From the IMG/VR virus record IMGVR_UViG_2579779105_000001: a DNA stretch of 64,000 bases. The stretch is one strand, 5' to 3'. A program made the translations under genes and the position numbers. Numbering within the stretch: position 1 is the first letter of the stretch; every line of letters begins with the position of its first letter. The DNA is from a virus. Lineage: Duplodnaviria > Heunggongvirae > Uroviricota > Caudoviricetes. Shown here one piece after another: positions 48,414 to 58,688 of the stretch. The notes beneath the pieces are model-generated. The model had not been told where the DNA came from and ran no database searches. It saw nothing but the letters and a program-made list of their open reading frames with translations.

Positions 48414-48698
48414 ATGAGCGCAATAGCCACCAGCGACACCCTTTGTTCTGGTCACGGAGGATTTCCGCCGCGACTGGTAGCTGAAACTGTTCCCTGGTTC
48501 ACCGTTAACGGTAAGCCAATTGTTGTAGATGGTGCCATGTTTCCCAGTCACACTGACGGTAACAGTGCACATCCAGGGGCAGCTGTATCGACGCGAGTAT
48601 GGTTTTCGATAGGTGGAAAGGGAGTTGTCTGTGTAGGCGATCCGCTTTCTTGTGGTTCTGTTATCGCCAACGGCGAGGATATTTTTCAGGTTGCATAA
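48414..48698 (+). CDS. PAAR-like (spike-tip) domain protein
   Basis: 94 aa, Gly/Cys/His-rich (CSGHGG ... NGKPIVVDGAMFPSH ... CVGDPLSCGS), resembling PAAR-repeat proteins; from memory. Confidence 0.4.
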   Translation: MSAIATSDTLCSGHGGFPPRLVAETVPWFTVNGKPIVVDGAMFPSHTDGNSAHPGAAVSTRVWFSIGGKGVVCVGDPLSCGSVIANGEDIFQVA

Positions 48699-49501
48699 TG
48701 CTTGATTCAATAGGTGAAGTTAAAGCCTTCAAAATTCTGTCAGATGCCGGTATCTCTACACCAGAATCTATAACCATAAGCCGGGCAGCGTCTGTAAAAG
48801 CCTCATCACTCGCCAGCGCCATACAGGGAATAGTTCACGCCGATAAAACCTATCCTGATTCTGTTTCGGCCTGGACTACTCAATTGCTTGGCTTTTCTGA
48901 ACAGCTCAATGAGGCCAGCAAAGCGTCTTCATTACTGGCTGATTCTCTTTCCCCATACACCAAGCCATCAGAGCTGTTACAGATGAAGATTGGCTGGGAA
49001 TGCTACGTAAAAGGTAACGAGCTGACCCCCATACCTGCTTTCGCCCTTGTTGAGGGGATGGGGAATGTTTCCATTCCGCAATCTCTAACGGACGCATTGA
49101 CGGCGCTAAAACTTGATGCTCTGAAAACCGCCATGAACGCCATTAACGCAAAAATAGAAGCTGCTGGAAGTGCTGGTGGTGATAGCAATGGTGGACAGGG
49201 TGGTGCTGGGGGCGCTCAGGCTCCAGTCATTACTCAGGATGAAATTGATGCTCTACGGGAAGCAGTGACAGCCGCCGAAGTTTTACTCTCCGAAATTAAC
49301 TCAGCAAGTGAGAGTGTCGTAGCCCTTACAGGTCGCATTAAAACGTCAACCACTCAGGCAACCAAAGGTTTAGAGAACGCTGTCGCCATCACGTTAACTG
49401 GTTCTCTACTGGATGATGCAGTAATGAGTCCGGCAATCAGTTTAATCATGCCACAAGGCGTTATCGATGCGCTCCAAAAGAACACCAAAAAGGAACAATA
49501 G
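48698..49501 (+). CDS. hypothetical protein (Ala/Ser/Gly-rich)
   Basis: Start set at MLDSIGEV overlapping the upstream stop. Confidence 0.45.
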   Translation: MLDSIGEVKAFKILSDAGISTPESITISRAASVKASSLASAIQGIVHADKTYPDSVSAWTTQLLGFSEQLNEASKASSLLADSLSPYTKPSELLQMKIGWECYVKGNELTPIPAFALVEGMGNVSIPQSLTDALTALKLDALKTAMNAINAKIEAAGSAGGDSNGGQGGAGGAQAPVITQDEIDALREAVTAAEVLLSEINSASESVVALTGRIKTSTTQATKGLENAVAITLTGSLLDDAVMSPAISLIMPQGVIDALQKNTKKEQ

Positions 49502-49571
49502 CAACACCACTTAGGAACACAAAAGGATGTAAATTGGTACATGTTTAACACCAATAGTAAACCTGAAGAGG

Positions 49572-50030
49572 ATGGTTTTGAAAAAGATAATTTTGATTGT
49601 AATTGCTCTTTTAGCCATTTCTGGAATTTACCGAACAACGACGGCAGTTATCGAACACATCAGGTATGTCCGATCGCTTGAAGACTCAAAATCACAACTG
49701 GAAAGCACGAACAACACGCTTTCTACCGCATTACAGTTAAGTGAGAACGCTCGCTCAGCCATGCTGACCGAAAACGAAAGAATTAAAGCACTGGAAAAGG
49801 AGTACCAACGCAAAACAGCAGAACTGAATGCCAACCTAATCAAACAACGGGAGGAAAGCCAGAATGAAATCACTCGTCTTGAAAATGCGTTACGCCGTGC
49901 TGGGATTAACGATGTACGTGTGCCTGATGACGTTATCAGGATGCAGCGGGAACGGGCAAAAGCCATCAACCAGCGTGCCAGTGAAAATTACCGTAGAAGC
50001 CACCAGCAGGCCGCAGGCAAATCTGATTGA
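49572..50030 (+). CDS. putative i-spanin-like protein (N-terminal TM anchor plus coiled coil)
   Basis: MVLKKIILIVIALLAISGIY TM segment followed by coiled coil. Confidence 0.4.
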   Translation: MVLKKIILIVIALLAISGIYRTTTAVIEHIRYVRSLEDSKSQLESTNNTLSTALQLSENARSAMLTENERIKALEKEYQRKTAELNANLIKQREESQNEITRLENALRRAGINDVRVPDDVIRMQRERAKAINQRASENYRRSHQQAAGKSD

Positions 50031-50196
50031 CTACTCCCCTTGTTTAGTGCCAGAAGACACGCCAGTGCTGTTAAACAAGTATCCGACATACGCTGAACAG
50101 TTATTCAGCACGATCGACGAATGCAACCAACGAAACGCACTGAATAACCAAAAAAACAGGGAGATTTGGGAAGGGAAGGGGGATCAAGGCTCCTGA
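49864..50196 (+). CDS. putative o-spanin-like lipoprotein, partly embedded in the +1 frame of the preceding gene
   Basis: Lipoprotein signal with LSGC lipobox; overlaps the 3' end of 49572-50030 in another frame. Confidence 0.35.
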   Translation: MKSLVLKMRYAVLGLTMYVCLMTLSGCSGNGQKPSTSVPVKITVEATSRPQANLIDYSPCLVPEDTPVLLNKYPTYAEQLFSTIDECNQRNALNNQKNREIWEGKGDQGS

Positions 50197-50642
50197 AGCC
50201 AGATGTCCTGGCTGTCAGCTTCTTCGAAACCGTGACAGACGTTAAAGTCACTCAAACGATACTGACGCTGACGGCCCCTATTTCGCTCATGCCAATGCAT
50301 ATATCCACCAGCAAATGCCAGCGGACAATCGCTATAGTCTATGTAACCAATACCATTCCCCAAACGTGCTTCGCGCGCACCAGCTTTCCAGGACAGTAGA
50401 AAAGAGTCACGATCCGCCAGCATAACAACAAAATCGTCCGGTTCTCCGATACAGTGAAGAATACCTGCCTTACATAACTGCTTGAGCGCTTTTGACTGGC
50501 TCAGGATGTCTTCTCCGTAATACTGAAAACAATCATCAACAACAGCGGGATAGCCTGTCGGGGGATTCAGGCTGGTTGGTATAGCTGACGCGATCGCCAG
50601 CATTAAGCGATATTGTGTTTTTGAGGGGTTAACGTGACTCAT
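50184..50642 (-). CDS. hypothetical protein
   Basis: 152-aa ORF. Confidence 0.4.
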   Translation of the reverse strand: MSHVNPSKTQYRLMLAIASAIPTSLNPPTGYPAVVDDCFQYYGEDILSQSKALKQLCKAGILHCIGEPDDFVVMLADRDSFLLSWKAGAREARLGNGIGYIDYSDCPLAFAGGYMHWHERNRGRQRQYRLSDFNVCHGFEEADSQDIWLQEP

Positions 50643-50658
50643 TTTGTCCCTTGTTTAC

Positions 50659-51051
50659 TCATTGTCGCCATGCATTTTTTAACTCAGGAATATCTGCCAT
50701 TTCAATTAACTTGCGAAGTCCAGCACTGACTTTCCCATTGCCAACCATAGCAAGCCAATCTCTTACAGCTTTCGGCATGTAGAGCGTTGCAGTTACCGGC
50801 TCTTCAACCCTGGCAGGACATCCGCATACAGGCCATTTAATTGATTCCATAACTTCGGATGCCGGGGTGAGGGTGGGGACATTGAGTATATCTCTACCAG
50901 AAAACTGGATAACGATCCGTTCAGCGAGCGAGAGTATCTCACTTTCGGCAAGAATTGATGCCAACTGCGCCTCAACAAGAAAGCGACTTGTTGTGTTCAG
51001 AGAGTGGCTCTTAGCGCCATTTTTATATGAAACAAAGATTCGATACGCCAT
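50659..51051 (-). CDS. hypothetical protein
   Basis: Start set at MAYRIF; an operator-like motif sits immediately upstream. Confidence 0.4.
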   Translation of the reverse strand: MAYRIFVSYKNGAKSHSLNTTSRFLVEAQLASILAESEILSLAERIVIQFSGRDILNVPTLTPASEVMESIKWPVCGCPARVEEPVTATLYMPKAVRDWLAMVGNGKVSAGLRKLIEMADIPELKNAWRQ

Positions 51052-51064
51052 AACTCTAATGTTT

Positions 51065-51078
51065 TGTGTTAGAAAATT
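51065..51078 (-). promoter_or_regulatory. operator-like site (reverse complement AATTTTCTAACACA)
   Basis: Motif instance in the promoter region of the 50659-51051 gene. Confidence 0.4.
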
Positions 51079-51209
51079 AAAATTAAAACACATAACAACA
51101 TGACTGTTAATAGATTTTATTTTACTAAAACTATTGACTAAATCACAAAGTAGGTATTGTTAGCCCGTCAAAAGAACCTTCACGCCGCGCCCGAATTTAG
51201 GGCTTAACC

Positions 51210-52907
51210 GTGAATAAAAACATTCAGCCAGCTCGTGATCGCGAGCGCGAGATTATGAATCGGGCGGCAAGCGTCATGGCTATGACCGTCGATCCGACCA
51301 CCGATGCAGCAGGCAACATGATTGCTGACCAGGCAGTAATGATGGAAAACCTGGATAAAGCAATCCAGAAAGTGCCTATGTTTGAAGGCGTAAATCCAGA
51401 GGTCGCTCGTCAGATCACTGGTGGGTGGGCTATGTCTCTGCATGAGTATAAACGTCAACATGGTCATTACCCGGCAAGTGACATCCTGGCGAACGCACAC
51501 ATGGCTCTTGAACGCCTGATGACTGAATGTGCCAGTGATACCCATGAAGGCACGGGTAAGGCAATGTTTGAGTCTGTCGCGCAATCAATGCGTAGCTCTG
51601 ACGGCGTAATGAAAGTTGCTCAATATGCTGCTCTAATTCTGCCTGCTTCTCTGGGCGCTGCTACCAGTGATGCCTGTACTTTTGTTCCTTGTGATCGTGA
51701 CGAGTCAAATATTTATGAACTGGTCAACGTAGCAGGCACAAAATTCGGCACCTTCAACCAAGGTGACGAACTGAATATGCAGTCAGCTGGTGTTTATTCT
51801 CAAATGAAGCGCCTGTATACCCTTACCACTAAAGGGGATGGCAGCACCAAAACCTTCCAGTTCAACATCCAAAATTTTGAGGGGCAATCCTGCCCGCTTC
51901 GCGCTGGTTATAACAAACTGCTGATCAACCGCAAACCGTCCAAAGTTGACGACGGCGATGGCAACCTTTATTTCAATGCTAAAGACAGCAAAGGTAATGC
52001 TTTCTCAGCGACTGCCAAAGTTGCTTATGACACTGGTGTCATTGACATTACATTTACCCAGGCTCCGCCAGAAGGTACTGAAATTGCTGTTCAGGTCGAA
52101 ATTAACATCGAGCGCAATCCAAGCCTGATTCCGGTGATCAACCAGGCTATGCGTAAGTACGAAGTTCGTCCGTCCCAGTACGTACTTGCTTCCGAACACA
52201 CGGTAATGTCCGCATCCGATTTAAGCCGTGAGCACGGCCTTGAATTAGCGGCACTTCAGTTCTCCGCGATGCGTAACTGGATCTCCCATGAAACCGACAT
52301 CATGCGTCTGCGCACCCTGGTATTCCATACCGTTTATGGTCGTGAATTTGATGTGGCTCTGCCGGAAGCTCAAAACTATGAGTCCTGGGTCGGCCTCCTG
52401 CGTCACGTAGTAAACGCTCTGTCTCAAGAAATGGCAAATCGTACCCTGACAACGGGTATTCGTGGCGGCTTTGCTGGTAGTGACGCCGCGAACTTCCTGC
52501 GCTCTTTGCCTCCACAGCACTTCCAGATCGCACCAGGTTACGTTCAGTCGCCGTATGTACAGTACATCGGCACCCTGTTTGGCACGATTCGTATTTACGA
52601 AGTGCCGCAACCTGTCTGTGAGCAATTCAAGGCACAGGGATATGACTTCGGGCTGGATGACATCTTCTTCTATGGGCGTGGCGAAGGCATCGGTAAAGCC
52701 GGGCTGATTGCTGGTGATGCAGTCCCAGCAATCCCTTACGTTCACGAAACCAATCCGTCTCTCGTTAACCGTACCACTCTCTGGGGCAGTGCCATCAACG
52801 AAGTACATCCTCGCAACGGTGAAAACTACTTCCCCCGCCTGCGTCTGACTCGTGCCAAAGAAGGTGCTATCGACATGCTGACAGGCAAGGTTAACGAAAA
52901 AAAGTGA
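51210..52907 (+). CDS. virion structural protein, probably major head protein (P1 gp23-like by size and position)
   Basis: 565-aa ORF with GTG start, directly upstream of the Ig-like and sheath genes. Assignment is inference. Confidence 0.45.
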   Translation: MNKNIQPARDREREIMNRAASVMAMTVDPTTDAAGNMIADQAVMMENLDKAIQKVPMFEGVNPEVARQITGGWAMSLHEYKRQHGHYPASDILANAHMALERLMTECASDTHEGTGKAMFESVAQSMRSSDGVMKVAQYAALILPASLGAATSDACTFVPCDRDESNIYELVNVAGTKFGTFNQGDELNMQSAGVYSQMKRLYTLTTKGDGSTKTFQFNIQNFEGQSCPLRAGYNKLLINRKPSKVDDGDGNLYFNAKDSKGNAFSATAKVAYDTGVIDITFTQAPPEGTEIAVQVEINIERNPSLIPVINQAMRKYEVRPSQYVLASEHTVMSASDLSREHGLELAALQFSAMRNWISHETDIMRLRTLVFHTVYGREFDVALPEAQNYESWVGLLRHVVNALSQEMANRTLTTGIRGGFAGSDAANFLRSLPPQHFQIAPGYVQSPYVQYIGTLFGTIRIYEVPQPVCEQFKAQGYDFGLDDIFFYGRGEGIGKAGLIAGDAVPAIPYVHETNPSLVNRTTLWGSAINEVHPRNGENYFPRLRLTRAKEGAIDMLTGKVNEKK

Positions 52908-53054
52908 TGGTGGCGAACGTGTCGGTATCACCAACATCACTTGACGTAGATGAAGGTGAAACTATCGCCGCGAACACTTCAAAGGCACAGAAAAAAACAA
53001 AGCAGAAGTAAGGAAAAAACACGCCCCTGATTAAGGGGCGTTCAGGAGAAAAAA

Positions 53055-53333
53055 ATGGCAAACATTCAAGTAACTATCACGCCATCTGACGCAACAGACA
53101 AATCTTTCACTGTTGAGTCAGATCACCCTGATATTGTCCAGGTTGATGGCACTACATGTACCGCTCTTAAGGCCGGGCAGGCAGTGCTGACAATCAAAAC
53201 AAATGACGGCAATAAAACCGCACAGTGCACAGTCACTGTTAGGGAGGCACATAAAAGCGTAAGCGCCGTCAGTGTTGAACCAACTACGAAAGAAGTAACC
53301 GTAGGCGATAACTTCACGGTAAGCGAATCCTGA
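53055..53333 (+). CDS. Ig-like (Big_2-type) domain protein, possible decoration protein
   Basis: Beta-rich 92-aa ORF with a Big_2-like pattern (VTITPSDATDKSFTVES ... LKAGQAVLTIKTNDG). Confidence 0.4.
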   Translation: MANIQVTITPSDATDKSFTVESDHPDIVQVDGTTCTALKAGQAVLTIKTNDGNKTAQCTVTVREAHKSVSAVSVEPTTKEVTVGDNFTVSES

Positions 53334-53400
53334 TCAGAGGCTGCCCATTAACCGTGGGTAGCCTTGCCTCGTTCTCTCGCTTTAGAGGATAAGAACCAGC

Positions 53401-55059
53401 ATGAATAAGATTAGTTTTTCGGTAGGGCAGGCAGCTGGCGTTGCTGTAATGTCAGTAAATGCTGACGCTAACCTCACCAATACCAGCGGTGGCGCATCCG
53501 TCTTTGCTGGGCTTGTAATATCGCGTCGTGGCGCACCGGGTAAGGTACTGAAAGTTGACGATACGACTTATCAAAGCGTATTAGGTTCACCGATTCACCC
53601 TCGCCTGGGCGCGGCTTTTGAACCATATCGCCACGTGGAGCGTGCAGTAAAAGGCGGCTCTGGATATGTCGTTCGAGTTTGCGCTAAAGACATGAAGGTG
53701 CCGGGTATTTCTGTTTCCGTTGTGGGCAAAGTAAAAGCGGCAAAGGCGAGTAAAGAACTTTCCGTTGAACCAACTGAAACCACAGTAAATCCAGGTGTCA
53801 CATTAAGCGTTGGTGTTGCTTCAACTGCAACGACTCAATCAGTGACCTTCACACCCAAAGAGACGCCCCAGATTAAAGGTGAAGAGAAGGCATTATTCTT
53901 CATCAAAGATGGTGATGCATCTCAAAATCGCACGTTATCACTAACTCGCGATGATGAAGAAAGCGAACTCTTTACGCTGACGCTGAAAGAAAAACAAACC
54001 GATGGGTCCATTGAGGTGCTGGAAAGCCACCAGGTGTCTTTCAATCCAGAAGGCACTAACGACATGGGCCAACCAGCATGGATTCCGACACTGCTTGAAA
54101 GCCAGTCCACTCGCATTGGTGCCGTACTGGCAGATAATGCAGAAGCATCCGCTGCTCAACTCATTTTTGAGGATGTAGCTTTTGAAGGTGGTACTGATGG
54201 AAATCTGTCCGAAATTGGCGCTGCAGACTATCTGGAAGCATTAAAGGTTCTCGAAGCTTCAGAGGTTAATTACACCGCATTGCTGTCATTGGGTTGTTAT
54301 GACGCATCCGCCTTAGCCGCAATCAAAAAGCTGGCTGAAGATGTTCGCGTAGACATGTTCTATGACCTGAAGGGCAACCAGACACCTGAAAACGCTATTT
54401 CAGAAGCGAAAAGCCATAATTTTGGCGGCTCACATCAACCAAGCCGTTACTACTTCCCGCTCTCCTGCCGAGATACTTTCACTGGAATGAATGTCGTCTA
54501 TGGCATTAGCTGCGACGCATTCGTAGCGAAGGCAAAAGGAGTGGCGCTGGTACCGGATGTTGGTGGTTGGCATTACGCACCGGCAGGTATATCACGCGCG
54601 ATTATTGATCGACAGAACATTGCCCGAATTCCAAATATCGGTGCAGTTGATCGTGAAGCGTTCGTTCTTGCGCGCATTAATCCAGTTTCAGTTGCTGCTG
54701 ACGGGTCCGTTTACATTGACGACTCTTTAACAACTTACAGCAAAAACAACTATCTGCGATTCCAGCATGTGTCTTCCTTGATGAACGCCATCGCCAGAGA
54801 TTTCTATGAAGTAGCTCAGGCGATTAAGCACGAACCGGATGGCATTACCAAAGAAGCGCTAATGAAAGCAATGACTGAATTGCTTGACCGTTACGTTGCA
54901 GCCGGTGCGCTGGTTACTCCACGTGACAAGTCCCAGGGTGAAGATCCATATGTTGTTCAGGTTGCCCAAAAGGACATCGATCTGTGGGAAGTGGCCTGGT
55001 CTGTTTGTCCGACCGGTACAGCTCGCCGAATCGTCGGTAAGCCAATTCTGATGCGCTGA
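53401..55059 (+). CDS. tail sheath protein
   Basis: 552 aa; C-terminal region (GGWHYAPAGISRAIIDR ... IGAVDREAFVLARINPV) resembles the conserved sheath C-terminal domain. Confidence 0.55.
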   Translation: MNKISFSVGQAAGVAVMSVNADANLTNTSGGASVFAGLVISRRGAPGKVLKVDDTTYQSVLGSPIHPRLGAAFEPYRHVERAVKGGSGYVVRVCAKDMKVPGISVSVVGKVKAAKASKELSVEPTETTVNPGVTLSVGVASTATTQSVTFTPKETPQIKGEEKALFFIKDGDASQNRTLSLTRDDEESELFTLTLKEKQTDGSIEVLESHQVSFNPEGTNDMGQPAWIPTLLESQSTRIGAVLADNAEASAAQLIFEDVAFEGGTDGNLSEIGAADYLEALKVLEASEVNYTALLSLGCYDASALAAIKKLAEDVRVDMFYDLKGNQTPENAISEAKSHNFGGSHQPSRYYFPLSCRDTFTGMNVVYGISCDAFVAKAKGVALVPDVGGWHYAPAGISRAIIDRQNIARIPNIGAVDREAFVLARINPVSVAADGSVYIDDSLTTYSKNNYLRFQHVSSLMNAIARDFYEVAQAIKHEPDGITKEALMKAMTELLDRYVAAGALVTPRDKSQGEDPYVVQVAQKDIDLWEVAWSVCPTGTARRIVGKPILMR

Positions 55060-55096
55060 TTTATAACCCCCGCTAAATGATGCGGGGGAGAGAGGT

Positions 55097-55837
55097 TTGA
55101 ATATGAAAAATTATACTGCTGATCCTTTTATGCGTGCGATTTTCGGTTCTGGCTGCTTTGAAAGCGGTGATAAATCCACTCAGGACAATAATGATAACGC
55201 CATGCTGGAAAGCGCAGGACAGAAAGGAAAGGACACTCAACCAAAGCCCAAAGACGACATTGAAACCGCGATGATGGAAGCGGTTGAATCCCGTGCACAA
55301 GGTGATATGCGCAGCCTGGCAGCGTCCATGCTTGCTGGTTGGGTTGAAGATGGTGATCCGGAGGCTGACTCATTTGATGCATTAGCAATCACTATGGCTG
55401 GCCTGGCTGATATCGATGAAGGCACCGATTTCACCGATGAACAAATCGATGCTTATAACGATGCTCTCGCAGCTCTTGCTGATGCAGCTGTTGCGCTTGG
55501 CGCTGATCAGGACGATGTAACCGAAATGATCGACGATGAAGATGACTCAGCTGCCGAACGTGTTTTTGACGCTCTTTCCGAAAGCGACACCGACATGATG
55601 GAAACAGCTATTGCCATTTACACCGTTGCTGGTGGTGATAGCGCAATGCTGGAAGCGGTACGTAAAAAAGTGGTTCGTGATGGCAAGGTTACCATCATCC
55701 GTAAACGCCCGCGTCCTCGCCGCATGACGTCATTGCAAAAACAGGCGCTGAAAAAAGCACGCCGCAAAGCGCATACATCCGTAGCGAATATCAACCGCAA
55801 AAAATCAATGCGCATTCGCAAAAAACGCGGTTTGTAA
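55097..55837 (+). CDS. acidic virion-associated protein with basic C-terminal tail
   Basis: 246 aa; Asp/Glu-rich with C-terminal RKRPRPRRM ... RIRKKRGL. Confidence 0.45.
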   Translation: MNMKNYTADPFMRAIFGSGCFESGDKSTQDNNDNAMLESAGQKGKDTQPKPKDDIETAMMEAVESRAQGDMRSLAASMLAGWVEDGDPEADSFDALAITMAGLADIDEGTDFTDEQIDAYNDALAALADAAVALGADQDDVTEMIDDEDDSAAERVFDALSESDTDMMETAIAIYTVAGGDSAMLEAVRKKVVRDGKVTIIRKRPRPRRMTSLQKQALKKARRKAHTSVANINRKKSMRIRKKRGL

Positions 55838-55928
55838 GTGACATAGGCCGCCTGCAAAGGTGGCCTCTACCTGGGAGAAATAGCGTTTGATTTGCGGCGC
55901 GATAATGCCTGACGGAATAAGTCCGTTA

Positions 55929-56477
55929 ATGAAGGTTTATATCCTCTCTTCAGAGGATATGGTCGTCGGTTATATCGGTGAAGGATCTACCGCAGAGCTA
56001 TCATCAATGTGGCAATCACCATTTGAAAACCAGTCAGTAGGAGGTTTGCTTGGTGGTATTAGCGCTGCGGCTGGCTCTCTTGCAGATACGCTTCAGACCG
56101 CAACCGGCGTAACAACAAAAACCCTCTTCAACTCAATGCTTGTTTGGGAAGGTCAGCAACCGCCTGAATTTAATCTGGTAATTGATTTCATGGCGACAAC
56201 GAACGCGCAACTTGAAGTGAACGCAGCCATTACAGCATTGCTGAAGATGGAATCGCCGGAACTGAACAATGTAGCGCCATTCGGTCGTCGCCCGGAGACA
56301 GTAACGTTAAACATAGGTAGGAACATAGCCCTTACCGACGTTGTTATCAAAAGCGTGAGTTACCAACTGGACGCCCCGCGCACACCAGAAGGCTATTTCA
56401 CTCATAACACGGTAACCCTGCAATGCAGCGGTAATACATCGATCAACCGTAGCAATATCTCATCTGTTTTTGTGTAG
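55929..56477 (+). CDS. putative tail tube protein
   Basis: Start set at MKVYIL; about 180 aa, beta-rich, downstream of sheath. Inference. Confidence 0.4.
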   Translation: MKVYILSSEDMVVGYIGEGSTAELSSMWQSPFENQSVGGLLGGISAAAGSLADTLQTATGVTTKTLFNSMLVWEGQQPPEFNLVIDFMATTNAQLEVNAAITALLKMESPELNNVAPFGRRPETVTLNIGRNIALTDVVIKSVSYQLDAPRTPEGYFTHNTVTLQCSGNTSINRSNISSVFV

Positions 56478-56485
56478 GAGTATTT

Positions 56486-56977
56486 ATGTCCGGTTTTGCA
56501 AATACAAAAGCCGATATGGCCTTTCTAAAATCCCGGTTTAATAAAAACCTGGCTGCAGGCGAAAAACTTATTGGTTCTGAATATTGGATGACCATTAAGG
56601 GTTACGAACATCTGTCTGTACTTGTTCGTTCCACTCAGTTACCAGAAATGACACGCGAAGATGTGGAGGATTACGCCCCTGGCGGCATGAAATTCAACCA
56701 GCACGGACCATTACGCAACTCTGGTGAATTTCAGGTCACATGCGCGGAAACTATCGAAGGCGCAGTTCTCGCCGCTGTAAAACAGATGGTATACGGAAAA
56801 GAATATCTGGAAATTACCTTACAGGCGGCGGCGGAATCGAATAGCGGTAACCATAAAGGTCTGATCCGCACATATTCTCATTGCAAAGTGTATTCCGACG
56901 CCGTGGACTTCTCATCCGAAGACGTAACAGCGGTCGTTAAGCCTTCCCTGCGTATTGTTTACAACTGGGTAGAGTGA
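56486..56977 (+). CDS. tail-associated protein (tube or assembly)
   Basis: 163-aa ORF in the tail module. Confidence 0.4.
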   Translation: MSGFANTKADMAFLKSRFNKNLAAGEKLIGSEYWMTIKGYEHLSVLVRSTQLPEMTREDVEDYAPGGMKFNQHGPLRNSGEFQVTCAETIEGAVLAAVKQMVYGKEYLEITLQAAAESNSGNHKGLIRTYSHCKVYSDAVDFSSEDVTAVVKPSLRIVYNWVE

Positions 56978-57029
56978 TCTTTTTCCCGCCCTTGTGGCGG
57001 GAATTCCTTGTATTTGAGTTGTAGGTACG

Positions 57030-57581
57030 ATGACACCAACCGAATTATTAGAAAGCGTTAAAGCACGATTTAATCCACTGCTTGTGCGTGAAGAAGAAAC
57101 GCTGAAAGCCTTCCTGATCAAAGCTCTGACCACGTATCAGGACAGGGCAGGGGTAGTGAAAACGTTAAAACTTGAAAAAGCTGGTGGTACTGCAATCCCG
57201 TTGCCAGAAGATTATCTCTCTCTGGTTCATGTTACCGACAACAATGGCTTGTTGGTCTATTCGGATGAATTATCCGGATTTATTGAATTAGAGCTAACAG
57301 GTTCAGAACGCTGGCCTTTTCGAATGCTGTATCTGGTTAATCTACGCGACAGAAAGCTGGATGAATGGCAAGTGCCTCCTGCAATCATTGGAATGCTGGA
57401 GGAATATCTGGAGGCGCTTATCAATGTAAGAAATGTCGCCCGGCAGCGTAGAGCGTCCATCGACGGGAAATTTGACTACTCCGATCTGCCCGATGAAGCC
57501 ACGCTATATGCCCGCGTGCAGGAGATTGAGGAAAAAATGTCCTCAAACCGGGCCATTATTCCGGGGGCTACCATTTTTTAA
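57030..57581 (+). CDS. hypothetical structural protein
   Basis: 183-aa ORF. Confidence 0.4.
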   Translation: MTPTELLESVKARFNPLLVREEETLKAFLIKALTTYQDRAGVVKTLKLEKAGGTAIPLPEDYLSLVHVTDNNGLLVYSDELSGFIELELTGSERWPFRMLYLVNLRDRKLDEWQVPPAIIGMLEEYLEALINVRNVARQRRASIDGKFDYSDLPDEATLYARVQEIEEKMSSNRAIIPGATIF

Positions 57582-57596
57582 CGCTGGAGGCGCAGA

Positions 57597-58304
57597 GTGA
57601 GTATTTTCAGCAGCGTTGGTAGAACGTTGACCACCGCATTGTCATTTAACACGAAATCATTCACCAGCAACCTCATTAGCGACATTCTTGATAAAGCCAT
57701 ATCAGGCGGCGGGGTAAGCGGGAATTACAGTAGCGATATTGCCTACGGGAAAAATATTGTTGCTGCCGCTATGCGTATCCGTTACGCCCAGGGGTGGCAG
57801 TGGACCGTTGAAGTGGATGGTCTGAACGGCTTCGATATGTTCGTGAAGGATATCACCTACAGCAGTGGGAACATCGAGACAGAAAGCAAGGTGATCGGCA
57901 GCGTAGAATTCAGCAAGCCAACCTATGTTAGCGCCGGACCGGTCACTATGACCGTGAGGGATACCGAAGATGGCAAGATCATGGACTGGTTCAAAGAGCG
58001 TCGTTCTCGTGTAACAAATCCTGATGGAACAATAAACCTTCCTCCGGAATATCTGATGAAAATCCGTGTCTACCGGGTAACTCAGGACGGCGGAAAAGAA
58101 CTGGAAGAAGAAATGCGCGTATTTCCTACTCAACTTGGGGAAATCACTCGCTCACGTGATCAGGTGTCAGAGTTCTTGTCATACCCAATCACTTTCCAGA
58201 AATACACATCCGCAGGCTCAGGTGTTTCTGCTTTGGTCAACGGTGCCGCTGGCATGGCTACAAGTGCGTTAAAGGGGGCTGTGAGTGGAGTGATCAAATT
58301 CTGA
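57597..58304 (+). CDS. hypothetical structural protein
   Basis: 235-aa ORF. Confidence 0.4.
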   Translation: MSIFSSVGRTLTTALSFNTKSFTSNLISDILDKAISGGGVSGNYSSDIAYGKNIVAAAMRIRYAQGWQWTVEVDGLNGFDMFVKDITYSSGNIETESKVIGSVEFSKPTYVSAGPVTMTVRDTEDGKIMDWFKERRSRVTNPDGTINLPPEYLMKIRVYRVTQDGGKELEEEMRVFPTQLGEITRSRDQVSEFLSYPITFQKYTSAGSGVSALVNGAAGMATSALKGAVSGVIKF

Positions 58305-58394
58305 ATAGCTTTAATTATGTGTGCTGGAGGGTTGCTCATTTCCCGTCAGCACCCACGACCTCAACGATAGCGGGTAGGGAAGGTAGCGCAATGT

Positions 58395-58688
58395 TGAGGG
58401 CATTTTTTACATCATCAATCCATCAGCAATGAAGGCATTCTTTACATATTTCAATAATATCAATCAGTTAACACAGTGAATGATAATAAAAAAGCGCAAT
58501 AAGAATGCACGATACGCACGATATTGGTTGAGGGCGATTTTTACATAATCCTTACATATCAATATGTTATATAAAAACACAACTTGCTAATAACGAGATA
58601 CATGCAATTAAGATGTAAAAATTGCCCTCAATTGCCGATCGTTAAGGGCAAATTCTACACCTTGAGAGGGGTGTAAAAATTGCCCTTA
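58395..58688. repeat. incA-like iteron cluster downstream of repA (at least 5 iterons, both orientations)
   Basis: TGAGGGC(A/G)(T/A)TTTTTACA-type units at about 58395, 58529, 58612 (inverted), 58643 and 58669 (inverted). Confidence 0.6.
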
